The notes beneath the pieces are model-generated. The model saw only the letters and a program-made list of their open reading frames with translations, was not told where the DNA came from and ran no database searches. This document shows, one piece after another, positions 1-9,260 of a stretch of DNA of 64,000 bases. The stretch's first letter is position 1, and every line of letters begins with the position of its first letter. A program made the translations under genes and the position numbers. Source of the stretch: a virus (taxonomy: Duplodnaviria > Caudoviricetes); IMG/VR virus record IMGVR_UViG_3300017987_005501; one strand, written 5' to 3'.

Positions 1-497
1 GCAACCGCGGTTAAAGGTGTTCCCTTTGTTGACATCCATAGCCATCTAGAATCTGGCTCAAAAGAATAGCGTTCAACCAATTTAATGCTTTCATTAGCTC
101 TTTGCCCCAACTTAAAAAGCTCAGTTAAAATCATATTATAGACTCTCGGATGAAAGGTCTTTATTAAATTACGAGCTTCTGTCATAAAAGCTTGTCTATT
201 GGTTAAGACATTAACATCCCCAATCATATAGATAGAATGTAGAAAATAATAAGTATTCAAGTTTTCTAAATATTGTGGGTTTTCCTCGTTTCCAGATAAA
301 GCTTTAATCTTATATAGCTCATTATCATTTAGTGTTTTGAAAATAAGAGGAATATCTCTATAATAAGATTGAAGTTGAACAAAACTTTTGAAGATCATTT
401 GCTTTGTATCAGCAAAATTAACAATACCAGGAGGAGCCTCCAAACTATTTTGAAGATTTTCAACCTCAAACTCTTGTTTTGTCGTAATCTTTTCCAT
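1..497 (-). CDS. Tail-region protein, possible tail assembly chaperone (partial; runs off window start)
   Basis: Not in ORF track. Manual translation from ATG at 497 (TAATG overlap with upstream stop) stays open to base 1: MEKITTKQEFEVENLQNSLEAPPG...YSFEPDSRWLWMSTKG. Product guessed from position downstream of tube genes. Confidence 0.6.
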   Translation of the reverse strand, partial: MEKITTKQEFEVENLQNSLEAPPGIVNFADTKQMIFKSFVQLQSYYRDIPLIFKTLNDNELYKIKALSGNEENPQYLENLNTYYFLHSIYMIGDVNVLTNRQAFMTEARNLIKTFHPRVYNMILTELFKLGQRANESIKLVERYSFEPDSRWLWMSTKGTPLTAV

Positions 498-1660
498 TAT
501 TTCTTTTTCTTCCCTTTAACACCAGGCGGTAACTCGCCTTCCCTTAAAAATTGGGAATCAGAAGTTAATTGGATTCTGTCATCATCGAATTGGGAATCTC
601 TTTTAACATTTTCCCTTTCTTGTTGGGCCTTTATCTGTTTTATTAACTCAGCTTTAGATGCTGGTTTTTCATTTTGACGCTTAAAAGCTGGTTTAGGAGT
701 CGGTTTTTTAGGGGTATTTTTTTGAAAAGCGTTAGCCGCCTTTTTAGCATCTTCCGGTGCCGCTATTTCTTTTTTTTCTTCTGATTTTTCCGGATAGTTT
801 TCTTCTTCTATTTGGGTTACTTCCGATAAGTCCTGTATTTTTGATTGACGAACGTCACCGCCCCCCGGAATTAAGGATTTTAATTGCTTTACTACTTCCT
901 CGTCGGATAAACCTGAGAAGTCTAACCCCTCAGATGTTTCCTCCGGCAAATCTTCCTGCTCAGGAGAGGGTTCGTCAACAGTAATTACCCCTGGTGGGTG
1001 CTCTTGTTTTTTCTCCCTATCAAAGAAATCTTGTATTATTCGCCCCTCCGCAGTAAGATTTCCTTTATCATCGTACATGGGGATTTCTTCTTCCGATTCG
1101 GGCATAGAGAAGCTTCCGTCTGCCACAGGAGGCCCCGCGGCAGGTTCTCCTTCCTTAACCTTTTCAAGTTTTGGTTTTTGATTTTCTAGGTCTTCGTAAT
1201 CTGGGATTTCTTGCTTGGGTGGCTCTGCAAACTCAATTGTTTCCTCGATATTTTCATTAAAGCTTTCTTCAAACTTTACATAGGAATCAAACAGCCTATC
1301 TCTAATCTTAACATTCCAGCTATTAATTACCTCCCTCCAAAAAACATTCTTTTGTTTTTTGATTTCATTCCCACTTTCGTCGTATTCCCCAGTAGGAAAA
1401 AGTTGGATGGACCCAAACCTTTCTCCTCCAAGGGCCTTAATTGCGTAGGATAATACTTCGATTTGATAATTAAGGATATAAGCGAGGCGATTTTTGAATT
1501 GGGAGCAATATTCATGCACTTTTGTTTGTTCCTCGGCTGTTAATAACCCAAGGACAATTTCTTTCTTAAAGACGTTTATTTTGGTTTCACCATAACTTGC
1601 GTCTTTAATCTCTTGCAATACCCCTAATAAGGATTGCAAGTTGTAACGAAATTCAGACAT
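497..1660 (-). CDS. Tail-region protein with acidic/Pro-rich low-complexity C-terminus (possible tail assembly chaperone)
   Basis: 387 aa ORF directly downstream of the tube genes; function inferred from position only. Confidence 0.55.
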   Translation of the reverse strand: MSEFRYNLQSLLGVLQEIKDASYGETKINVFKKEIVLGLLTAEEQTKVHEYCSQFKNRLAYILNYQIEVLSYAIKALGGERFGSIQLFPTGEYDESGNEIKKQKNVFWREVINSWNVKIRDRLFDSYVKFEESFNENIEETIEFAEPPKQEIPDYEDLENQKPKLEKVKEGEPAAGPPVADGSFSMPESEEEIPMYDDKGNLTAEGRIIQDFFDREKKQEHPPGVITVDEPSPEQEDLPEETSEGLDFSGLSDEEVVKQLKSLIPGGGDVRQSKIQDLSEVTQIEEENYPEKSEEKKEIAAPEDAKKAANAFQKNTPKKPTPKPAFKRQNEKPASKAELIKQIKAQQERENVKRDSQFDDDRIQLTSDSQFLREGELPPGVKGKKKK

Positions 1661-1872
1661 ATTTACATCTCCTATAAATTTTTATATATATTGAGTGCTT
1701 CCTCTATTAATATAAAAGGAATAACAGACTATTCTGTAGAAAAATCTTGCGTTTTTAGGATGAGAATTAAAGGTGTGAATGTACATTTACATTTACAACC
1801 GTAGTAATAACGGTCTCAATGTTACAATTTATTTATTTTTATCTATATCTAAATATATACTTATCTTTTATC

Positions 1873-2580
1873 TTACGTGGGCTTTACTCTATAAGCCTTA
1901 TCTTCGTTAGAGTCATCAGTAAAGTAAGCTTCTAAATCTGGTGTTTGTGATGCTGTAACATCGCTTACGGTTATACCAACATCTTCCGCAACGACTGCTT
2001 GTTGGCTATTGAATTGAACGCTAAAACTATTCATCCAGCACCCCTCATAGTAAGTTATCATCATTCTACCTGGGGTTTCTGTAGCATCGTCCGGGATACC
2101 GGGCTGGCCACTTGCCTCTGAATCTTTTTCTTCCCTGGTTCCGCTTGCTTGGGTCTCAATCTCTGGAGCTTTATTAATTTGGCTAAAAATTAATTCTTGA
2201 CGAATATCAAAAGGCCATTTATGGTGGCGTAAACTTCGAACGATTCCCTCTATCCCAGACTTATAGCCAAAGACTTGAAAAATATTAGATAACCAAAGAG
2301 CAATTCTATTGGCAGAAATGGTAGTTGGTTGGGTAACCCCCGGAACAACCTCCGCTATTCTATCCCCAAAGCCAATTCCAAAAACTGGCTCAATATTTCG
2401 AGATTCGTTTACGCCGAAAGAATTTAAAACTCCAATTTGCTGCAAGGACCCAGCAGCGTCAGCTGTTCCTTTTTGTTCTTCCGTAGCAGCAAATCCAAAG
2501 AGCCTGACTTTTTGAGATACAACTGCTCGAGTATTCACTTCTGGACCGTGAAAGTGGGTGTATCCGGAATCATTTACCAT
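1873..2580 (-). CDS. Tail tube protein paralog 3
   Basis: Shares VNTR.VSQKVR, IG.L..F...ESR..E...IG.GDR..E..PGVT, YEGCW with the two neighbours; pattern resembles contractile-tail tube proteins of large myophages. Confidence 0.7.
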   Translation of the reverse strand: MVNDSGYTHFHGPEVNTRAVVSQKVRLFGFAATEEQKGTADAAGSLQQIGVLNSFGVNESRNIEPVFGIGFGDRIAEVVPGVTQPTTISANRIALWLSNIFQVFGYKSGIEGIVRSLRHHKWPFDIRQELIFSQINKAPEIETQASGTREEKDSEASGQPGIPDDATETPGRMMITYYEGCWMNSFSVQFNSQQAVVAEDVGITVSDVTASQTPDLEAYFTDDSNEDKAYRVKPT

Positions 2581-2603
2581 TTGAAAATCCTCATATAGTT
2601 TAT

Positions 2604-2634
2604 CCTAGGTGGGGGCAAAAAGCCCCCACCTAGG
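2604..2634. other. Perfect GC-rich hairpin (13-bp stem, 5-nt loop) between tube paralogs 2 and 3
   Basis: cctaggtgggggc-aaaaa-gcccccacctagg; no U-tract after the stem on the transcribed (minus) strand. Confidence 0.85.
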
Positions 2635-2658
2635 TTAATTTCTAATATAAATATTAGA

Positions 2659-3348
2659 CTAAGGGTTAACCCTGAAAGCCTTGTCTTGTAATGAATCATC
2701 AGCAAAGTATTGCTCGGGATCACTATCAAGAGGCCCAGCTGTTACGTCTGATACCTGAATACCTACGTTTTCGGATACGATTGCGGTATCGGCACTAAAT
2801 GAAGTCCCATAGCTATTCATCCAGCAACCTTCATAGAAGGTTACTAAAGCTTTTGTATTCGCGTTGGGGCCAGCATCTGAATTAACTCCACCAATTTGAA
2901 CTTGCGTCTTATTGCCAGTAACGCCGACTGGATTCAAAACGCTTGGGGTTTTTGCAATCTCACTAAAGATCATCTCTTGGCGAATATCAAAAGGCCATCT
3001 GTGATGACGTAAACTTCTGATAATCCCATCCACGCCAGACTTATATCCAAAAACTTGGAAAACATTGATAAGCCATAGTGCGACACGATCAACAGAAATC
3101 GACATTGCGTCTGTTACCCCAGGAACTAGCTCCGCGACGCGGTCGCCGAATCCAATTCCTCGCGCTGTTTCTACATTTCTTGATTCTGAAGGCGAAAATG
3201 AAGTCAAAACTCCAATTTGGTTAATTGGGTTATTAGGGTCGGAACCTCCAGCAGGGACGAAACTAAAAAGACGTACCTTTTGGGAGACGGCGACTCTTGT
3301 GTTGACTTCAACTCCCCTCGTATGTATATAACTTCCGAGTTCTACCAT
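2659..3348 (-). CDS. Tail tube protein paralog 2
   Basis: Same conserved blocks, including FQVFGYKSG and L.HH.WPFDIRQE. Confidence 0.7.
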   Translation of the reverse strand: MVELGSYIHTRGVEVNTRVAVSQKVRLFSFVPAGGSDPNNPINQIGVLTSFSPSESRNVETARGIGFGDRVAELVPGVTDAMSISVDRVALWLINVFQVFGYKSGVDGIIRSLRHHRWPFDIRQEMIFSEIAKTPSVLNPVGVTGNKTQVQIGGVNSDAGPNANTKALVTFYEGCWMNSYGTSFSADTAIVSENVGIQVSDVTAGPLDSDPEQYFADDSLQDKAFRVNP

Positions 3349-3373
3349 GAGTTGTTATCCTCCTAAACTCTTC

Positions 3374-4078
3374 TTAAAATTCTTGCCTTACCCTTAAAGC
3401 TTTTGTTCTATTTGAAGATAAATAATCATCATTATCAAAGTCGCCGATTAAGGATGGACCAGCAACTACATCAGAACATATAATCCCACAGTTTTCTGCA
3501 ACAACCGCTTGAGTTGATTGAAATGCCATTGAATAACTGCGCATCCAACAACCTTCGTAATAGGTTACTAAAATCTTTCCATCTTCTATAACTGGGGTTA
3601 TGGTATTTAACGCTTCTGTTGCATCACTACCAACAATCCCAGCATTTGATTGCCCTCCAGCATTTTTAACTTTTGCTAAAGTTGGGCCTTTATCAATCGC
3701 ACTAAAAACTAGCTCTTGGCGAATATCAAAGGGCCACCTATGGTGTTTTAAGGATCTAACTAAACCATCCACACCAGATTTATAACCAAAAACCTGGAAA
3801 ATGTTTGATAACCAAAGGGCAACTCTATTAGCTTCTATCGAGGCAGCACTTGTTACACCAGGGATTAGTTCCATAATTCGATCACCCGATCCAACCCCGC
3901 GCAACTCTTCTACTGCTCTTGATTCGGAAATACTAAATTGGGCTAAAGCTCCAATTTGTTCCATCTTATTATCAGCAGTAAATGAACTATATCCAAAAAT
4001 TCTAACTTTTTGAGATACTACGGCTCGAGTATTTACTTCGACACCATGGTTATAATAATAAGACGCATTAACTACCAT
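3374..4078 (-). CDS. Tail tube protein paralog 1
   Basis: Same conserved blocks as the other two paralogs. Confidence 0.7.
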   Translation of the reverse strand: MVVNASYYYNHGVEVNTRAVVSQKVRIFGYSSFTADNKMEQIGALAQFSISESRAVEELRGVGSGDRIMELIPGVTSAASIEANRVALWLSNIFQVFGYKSGVDGLVRSLKHHRWPFDIRQELVFSAIDKGPTLAKVKNAGGQSNAGIVGSDATEALNTITPVIEDGKILVTYYEGCWMRSYSMAFQSTQAVVAENCGIICSDVVAGPSLIGDFDNDDYLSSNRTKALRVRQEF

Positions 4079-4551
4079 TATAGGTATTTTCCAGCAATTT
4101 TATCTATATCTAAATGTGATAGTTTTTTCTTAGTTTGATCTAAGAATAAAACGGGCAACCCAAGTTGGTTGCAAATCATTTCAAGCTCTGTTCTTCTTGC
4201 TTCGGGTAAAGTTGCAAGATGCATTAAAACGATTTTTTTATGTTTTTTAGACCGGAATACTTTATATCTAAAATCTAGCTGTAATTCAGAAATCCTACGT
4301 AAATTTTCGTTAATTTCTTCAAAGCTAGCTAACTTTTTCCCCCCAACCAAAACTAAAATAACTGCTTTTAGATCCTTTGGTAATCTATCCGGTGCTTTAT
4401 CCGCAGTAGCACTATACCCATCTGGAAGATGTCTAACACCATCATCAGGATTCTTTCGAGACCCTCCGGATCCAGTATCATTCGGATTTTGCCGCGTATA
4501 TTCGGCAGAATCGTTTGTTGGGTATATAGCTACTTTTCGTCTTTTGGACAC
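4078..4551 (-). CDS. Hypothetical protein
   Basis: 157 aa; stop overlaps the start of the next gene. Confidence 0.75.
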   Translation of the reverse strand: MSKRRKVAIYPTNDSAEYTRQNPNDTGSGGSRKNPDDGVRHLPDGYSATADKAPDRLPKDLKAVILVLVGGKKLASFEEINENLRRISELQLDFRYKVFRSKKHKKIVLMHLATLPEARRTELEMICNQLGLPVLFLDQTKKKLSHLDIDKIAGKYL

Positions 4552-4557
4552 GGCTTT

Positions 4558-5217
4558 TTATAGTCCTCTCTCTTTGAGCCAAGCAGCGATTTTCATAAGA
4601 TTCTCGGCTTCATCAAGAAGAGCTTTACTACGGGAAGCAGCATCCTTTAGCATACTAGCATTCTTGGTTTTATTCCATACACCAAGATCATAATAAGTTT
4701 GGTTATCACTTTGATCCCCATAGGTTTCTTTTGCTTCTCTAACCGCTTGTTCATAAGACATTGTCATGTCGTCCAGTTCTTTTTGACTCATACGGTTTTG
4801 TTCCTCAGCAGAAACCCCATGCATATAATCATGGGGCTTACCTTCGCTAGCATTTTTAACAGCTTCGCGTTGCTCTCTACGATTATGTGCGTTCTGTTCC
4901 TCAGCGGAAATCCCATGCATATAATCATGCATATCTTCTTCATCTGGCCAGCCAGCACTCTTATCACTAGCTTCCTCACTAACTTCTTCGCTAGCTGTTT
5001 TTTCACCAGTATCTTTTAGACCACTTGTTGACCAAGGCTCTTCCGCTTCAGAAACATCCTTGAGTTCATCATAAAATTCTTTGCGTTGCTCTTCTTGGGG
5101 AACCCCATGCATATAATCCTGAGGCTTATCTGCTTGTTTCTTAAAGACAGCGTCGAGCTCTTTTGCAATATCAGCAATGTCGTTTGCGATCTTAATGAAT
5201 TCAGATTCAGATGACAT
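4558..5217 (-). CDS. Acidic protein with three DYMHG(V/I)(S/P)xEEQ repeats; probable virion/head protein
   Basis: AGGAG SD upstream; three internal repeats; several KxAS-type motifs. Confidence 0.7.
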   Translation of the reverse strand: MSSESEFIKIANDIADIAKELDAVFKKQADKPQDYMHGVPQEEQRKEFYDELKDVSEAEEPWSTSGLKDTGEKTASEEVSEEASDKSAGWPDEEDMHDYMHGISAEEQNAHNRREQREAVKNASEGKPHDYMHGVSAEEQNRMSQKELDDMTMSYEQAVREAKETYGDQSDNQTYYDLGVWNKTKNASMLKDAASRSKALLDEAENLMKIAAWLKERGL

Positions 5218-5275
5218 TTCTTATTCTCCTTTATTTTTAAATAGAAAATTTGTAATTACATTCTAATCAGAAAAT

Positions 5276-5288
5276 TAATGGATTATTA
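5276..5288 (-). promoter_or_regulatory. Conserved motif TAATAATCCATTA (putative late promoter/operator)
   Basis: Lies 59 nt upstream of the start at 5217; recurs at 9225, 13988, 14412, 20510, 30615 and 50246. Confidence 0.6.
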
Positions 5289-5292
5289 ATGC

Positions 5293-5328
5293 AAAAAGGC
5301 ACTTCTTATCATTAAGAAATGCCTTTTT
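5293..5328 (-). terminator. Intrinsic terminator-like hairpin
   Basis: aaaaaggca-cttctta-tcat-taagaa-a-tgccttttt downstream of the phosphoesterase gene. Confidence 0.65.
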
Positions 5329-5357
5329 ACCTATTAGAAATAAATATTAAAAGTTTA

Positions 5358-6209
5358 TTAGGGGATCCAAACTTTAATTTTCTTCGTTTCCCCACTAAAT
5401 TCAACTAAGGGGCAGCCCTTCTTTGATGGGGGATAACCTTTCATATGAGCATAGGATCCCCAATGACTCAAAAACGTTCCAGAATTAATAAAATGCCGTT
5501 CTTTTTTAATGACTGCTTTATTTCTTCTATCGATAGCATAGGATTCCAAGGGAATATGCCCTAAGCCGTGGGTATGCCCCATGACGTAGAGATCTGCATC
5601 AGCTAAATTTTGTAAATTAATAATTGAATTTAGCTTGCTTACAGGCTTAATCGCCCCAGATCCCCCGTGCATTGTATAAATAGTATAATTTTGGGATCCA
5701 ATTTGTAGATAGTGGAAAATTCCATGTCCAAAATATCTAACAGGGGTCGGTGAGGCATAATTCCATTGTTTCACCATATTTTTAACCAAATTCATTCCAG
5801 AATGCTTAAATACCCGCCATTCGTGATTCCCCATATGTACCCCTAAGAGTTTTCCTGCTTTAGCCAGAGGCATATGGAGTTCAACGTAAGCATCAAGTTG
5901 TTCTTCCACGATTTGATCTTGTTCAAAAATTCCGGCACCGACACTATCCTTAGTTGCCGTTTCAAGGGCATCCCCCATTAGAACTAGATAGGTGTTATCC
6001 CTTTCTAGAATTTGGTTAATTGCCTTTTTGTGTAATTCTAAATCGTGGTATTTGCTTCCTAAATGCTCATCTCCCTTAAAACAGATAAAGCATTTTCCTT
6101 CTGAATTTAGGGTAAGATCCTTATAAACACTAATTGTTGGTACCTTATCATCAACTTGAGTAGCCGATAACAGATCCAATGCTTGGTCTTTTTCTTCGGG
6201 CGGTATCAT
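5358..6209 (-). CDS. Calcineurin-like metallophosphoesterase
   Basis: Motifs GDEH, GDALE, GNHE, HG and GHTH in the canonical order. Confidence 0.85.
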   Translation of the reverse strand: MIPPEEKDQALDLLSATQVDDKVPTISVYKDLTLNSEGKCFICFKGDEHLGSKYHDLELHKKAINQILERDNTYLVLMGDALETATKDSVGAGIFEQDQIVEEQLDAYVELHMPLAKAGKLLGVHMGNHEWRVFKHSGMNLVKNMVKQWNYASPTPVRYFGHGIFHYLQIGSQNYTIYTMHGGSGAIKPVSKLNSIINLQNLADADLYVMGHTHGLGHIPLESYAIDRRNKAVIKKERHFINSGTFLSHWGSYAHMKGYPPSKKGCPLVEFSGETKKIKVWIP

Positions 6210-6215
6210 TAAAAG

Positions 6216-6800
6216 TTACTCCTTCTCAGGTTGTTTCTTCTGCTTCTTCAATTTCTTTAGTTGAGAAGCTGCAGCATCAAGATCATCTCCCTTACTTTCA
6301 GTACTCTTAATCTTAAGATGTGATTTTACTCCTGAACCGTCGGGACTAAAATCAGGGATGTACCGATCTTCTTCTTTAACCTTTGAAGAAGAATTTTTAC
6401 TTTCAGAACCTTGTTCAATAATAATTTTACCTTCTTGCTTCTCCAAAACCTCTAATTGTTTTTGTAATATTTCTAGTTGGGATTTATTATGGACCTCGCT
6501 GAGTTGCTTAAGCTCTTCAATTTTATCAGCGAGGGCATCAGTTGAAAGTTGTTGGAGAGCAGTGAGATCAATTTGAGGTTGTGCGTTTTTCTCTGTAACT
6601 TCCTTCAATTCTTGAAGCCTTGTATCTAATATATCTTTTAAGCTATTAATTAACTCTGTATTTAAATTTTCTGTGGGCTTTTCTTGATTTGGTTGTGTTG
6701 GCATTGCTTGATTTGGGTCTCCACGATATGCCAACGAACGAATTCGTAAATGTTGTTCGTTAACTTTTCTTTGGTGTTCTTTGGCTGGTTCTTTGCGCAT
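6216..6800 (-). CDS. Hypothetical coiled-coil protein
   Basis: 194 aa, Q/E/L heptads. Confidence 0.7.
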   Translation of the reverse strand: MRKEPAKEHQRKVNEQHLRIRSLAYRGDPNQAMPTQPNQEKPTENLNTELINSLKDILDTRLQELKEVTEKNAQPQIDLTALQQLSTDALADKIEELKQLSEVHNKSQLEILQKQLEVLEKQEGKIIIEQGSESKNSSSKVKEEDRYIPDFSPDGSGVKSHLKIKSTESKGDDLDAAASQLKKLKKQKKQPEKE

Positions 6801-6862
6801 AATTTTAGCTACCTTAAGCTCAGGAATTATTACTTATACAGATTATAAACACATTATTCATA

Positions 6863-6892
6863 GAAAAAGCAGTCCTATTTGACTGCTTTTTC
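6863..6892 (-). terminator. Intrinsic terminator
   Basis: gaaaaagcagtc-ctattt-gactgctttttc, perfect 12-bp stem, just after the 6919..7128 gene. Confidence 0.8.
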
Positions 6893-6918
6893 CTTAAAAC
6901 TACTGAGTTAGTAGAAAA

Positions 6919-7128
6919 TTAAACAACATTCTTTGGAGGAACTGTCCAGCCATTCTTTATATAAGGGCTTGTTCCTTGATTTGGGCGAGCCGCATCGATA
7001 CGGGCAACATTTTGTCCAATCGTGCGAACACTCTTGCCAACAAGATTTCTGCCATTTGCGCCGGATCCCGGGCGAAGAGCTACTTTACCAATGTCTAAAT
7101 TTCCACCACCATATAATGGGTATCCCAT
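6919..7128 (-). CDS. Small Gly/Pro/Asn-rich probable virion protein
   Basis: 69 aa with AGGAG SD. Confidence 0.7.
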   Translation of the reverse strand: MGYPLYGGGNLDIGKVALRPGSGANGRNLVGKSVRTIGQNVARIDAARPNQGTSPYIKNGWTVPPKNVV

Positions 7129-7142
7129 ATTATTCTCCTTTT

Positions 7143-7910
7143 TTATGTATTAGTCTGTCCTGGCTGATAGCCATATCTAAAATTCTGAATACCCCAATCT
7201 CTTAGTTGTTGAGGGGTAGCTTTTATTCTTGTCGTCTTGTTCCTAAACGGAAGACTTAGATTTTGATTTGTTGTATCTGGGGACGCAGGCTGAGGAGGAA
7301 TAGATTCCCAATCAGACTTTTTATTCGTGTCCCAAGCATTAATTCTTGCAGCACCAGAAGCAAATCCTGCTCCAATAGGGACTCCATCTGTTAGCCATTG
7401 TGCCCCGATTGGAATTGTTGGAAAACCGCCTCCACTAACTTCCATTGCCTGAATATTTGCAAAAGCAGTATTCCAGGTAACAAAGTCTTGAACGGCTCCG
7501 ACTGTATCGACAAGCATTGCCCAACCGACCCTATTGGCAGTCCAATTTATATTAGAGCCCCAATAGTCTGGACTTGCAATCTGGTCGTCCCAATAGTTAA
7601 TCTCATAAGGTTGAAGAATCCCTAATGTTTGAGTTACCGTGTTAGATTCATTAAGATCTGTTGATTCAGATAAAATTAATTGCCACCCAGTAGCATCAAA
7701 AGCTGCGGGAGTAACATTTTGAATTTCAATATAATCAGGATCTGTGTTAAATTCGGTAATTAAGATTGGGCTCGTATAAGCAATTTCCCTAGCCTGCATT
7801 CCGTTCTTTTCAGAAACTTGATATTGCGTGGAAGGTTGAGGCCGTTGCCCTCGGCCAGGTCTTGTTGTCACGTTAAATAAATTAAAGTTACTATTAAATA
7901 GTGTTCCCAT
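7143..7910 (-). CDS. Lamin-tail-domain (LTD)-like protein
   Basis: ILITEF...DYIEIQN.....D.TGWQL pattern typical of LTD. Confidence 0.7.
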   Translation of the reverse strand: MGTLFNSNFNLFNVTTRPGRGQRPQPSTQYQVSEKNGMQAREIAYTSPILITEFNTDPDYIEIQNVTPAAFDATGWQLILSESTDLNESNTVTQTLGILQPYEINYWDDQIASPDYWGSNINWTANRVGWAMLVDTVGAVQDFVTWNTAFANIQAMEVSGGGFPTIPIGAQWLTDGVPIGAGFASGAARINAWDTNKKSDWESIPPQPASPDTTNQNLSLPFRNKTTRIKATPQQLRDWGIQNFRYGYQPGQTNT

Positions 7911-7912
7911 TT

Positions 7913-8665
7913 TTATATTCCAGTATGGTTTCTGAACGGAATTATTAATTCAGGATTTGTAACTCCAACTGAGCTTTCTGAAGCAGAATGAGAAACATCC
8001 CAATCAGATTTTTGATTCGTATCCAACGAATTAACACGTTTGATTCCGTAGTTACCTGATACTGTTGGAATCCCATCGGAAGACCATTGAGTTTCTGGAA
8101 CTGTAATCCCCACGAAAGCACCAACATTAATACTCATACCTCTAATATCTGATTCTGACCAACCCCAGGATACAAAATCCATCACATTTCCTAAAGCGTC
8201 AATAATCATTATCCACCCATTCCCAGCAGCAGACCAATTAATGTTATTACCCCAATAATTTGGATCAGGCGCATTATCAGACCAATAAAGTAAATCACCG
8301 GGCAATAGAGGAGTTATTGGCTTTGTAATAGCATTAACAAGGTTAATGTTCACTTGACTATTGGATAGAACTAACTGCCACCCCGGAATAATAAAGGGGC
8401 TTGGAGATATATTTTGAATTTCAACATAATCGGGGGTATCTATCACAGCCTCAGTTATTAAAATTGGACTTGTATAAGCAGTAACAGTTGAAGTAAAATG
8501 AGGAAAATTGTCTCTCCTATAATTCTGGGAATTATGGAAAGGTCTCTTTTCATCCATAAATCGAACAAATCTATGGATTCTTGCAGATTCTGTATCCTCT
8601 ATAGTCCCTTTTGGTTTTAATTTCCAAAAGGAGTTTAAGTCCTTATTAAATCCATAGTTTGCCAT
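7913..8665 (-). CDS. Lamin-tail-domain (LTD)-like protein, paralog
   Basis: YTSPILITEA...DYVEIQN...GWQL; colinear with 7143..7910. Confidence 0.7.
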   Translation of the reverse strand: MANYGFNKDLNSFWKLKPKGTIEDTESARIHRFVRFMDEKRPFHNSQNYRRDNFPHFTSTVTAYTSPILITEAVIDTPDYVEIQNISPSPFIIPGWQLVLSNSQVNINLVNAITKPITPLLPGDLLYWSDNAPDPNYWGNNINWSAAGNGWIMIIDALGNVMDFVSWGWSESDIRGMSINVGAFVGITVPETQWSSDGIPTVSGNYGIKRVNSLDTNQKSDWDVSHSASESSVGVTNPELIIPFRNHTGI

Positions 8666-8675
8666 TTAACACTCC

Positions 8676-8900
8676 TTAAACCGCTGGGTCGTATGGTGGT
8701 GTATAGTTAGGGTCGATAGGTGGAAAATTTCCACGGAGTAAGTTATCAGATGCCGCATACTTTGGACGACGGGCGTCATGGTAGATCACATGCTGAGTAA
8801 CTTGCCAATAGTTTCTAAATTTTCTTTCAGATGGGGTATTTCCGCTCCAGTTAAAAGCCTTGAAATACCCATGTAAGTCTCTTTGAAATCCATATGCCAT
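8676..8900 (-). CDS. Small protein homologous to the N-terminus of 7913..8665
   Basis: MAYGFQRDL...NFPP versus MANYGFNKDL...NFPH; AGGAG SD. Confidence 0.7.
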   Translation of the reverse strand: MAYGFQRDLHGYFKAFNWSGNTPSERKFRNYWQVTQHVIYHDARRPKYAASDNLLRGNFPPIDPNYTPPYDPAV

Positions 8901-8923
8901 TTTATTCTCCTCGTTTATGGTGT

Positions 8924-9181
8924 TTAATATGGATGCTCTTCACAAGATTCACTTGTTCTGAGGTCCGGGTTGGTAGAGCAAGTTCTCCATGACCTTTTAG
9001 AAACTATTGCATAGTATGGGGAGGAATAGGGGATGCTATTAGCACCACAAGACCCATAACCCCACCTACTTGGAAAAGCAGGGTTTCTAAAAAAGTAATT
9101 TTTGAATTTGCGAGGCACTGAATCCTTATGGGATAAAAATCCTGGATGCAGCGGTTTTTCTCTTTGAAAGTTTGAGCCCAC
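8924..9181 (-). CDS. Small protein of the same family (FQRE...RKFKNY)
   Basis: GTG start with AGGAG SD; shares FQR and RKF.NY with 8676..8900. Confidence 0.6.
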   Translation of the reverse strand: MGSNFQREKPLHPGFLSHKDSVPRKFKNYFFRNPAFPSRWGYGSCGANSIPYSSPYYAIVSKRSWRTCSTNPDLRTSESCEEHPY

Positions 9182-9224
9182 AGTTATCTCCTGTAGAATA
9201 TATGATTCAAAAGTAATGCAAAAT

Positions 9225-9237
9225 TAATAGATTATTA
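9225..9237 (-). promoter_or_regulatory. Conserved motif TAATAATCTATTA
   Basis: 44 nt upstream of the start at 9181. Confidence 0.55.
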
Positions 9238-9260
9238 GAAGCGAAACAGTTAAGTAATAT

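Noticed and set aside
400-600. Programmed frameshift typical of tail assembly chaperones
   Set aside because: The two ORFs are joined by a plain TAATG stop/start overlap; I could not support a slippery site
1661-1872. AT-rich gap with short TTTACA/TTTAT repeats as a possible origin
   Set aside because: Low-complexity repeats expected by chance at this AT content; better explained as terminator/promoter space
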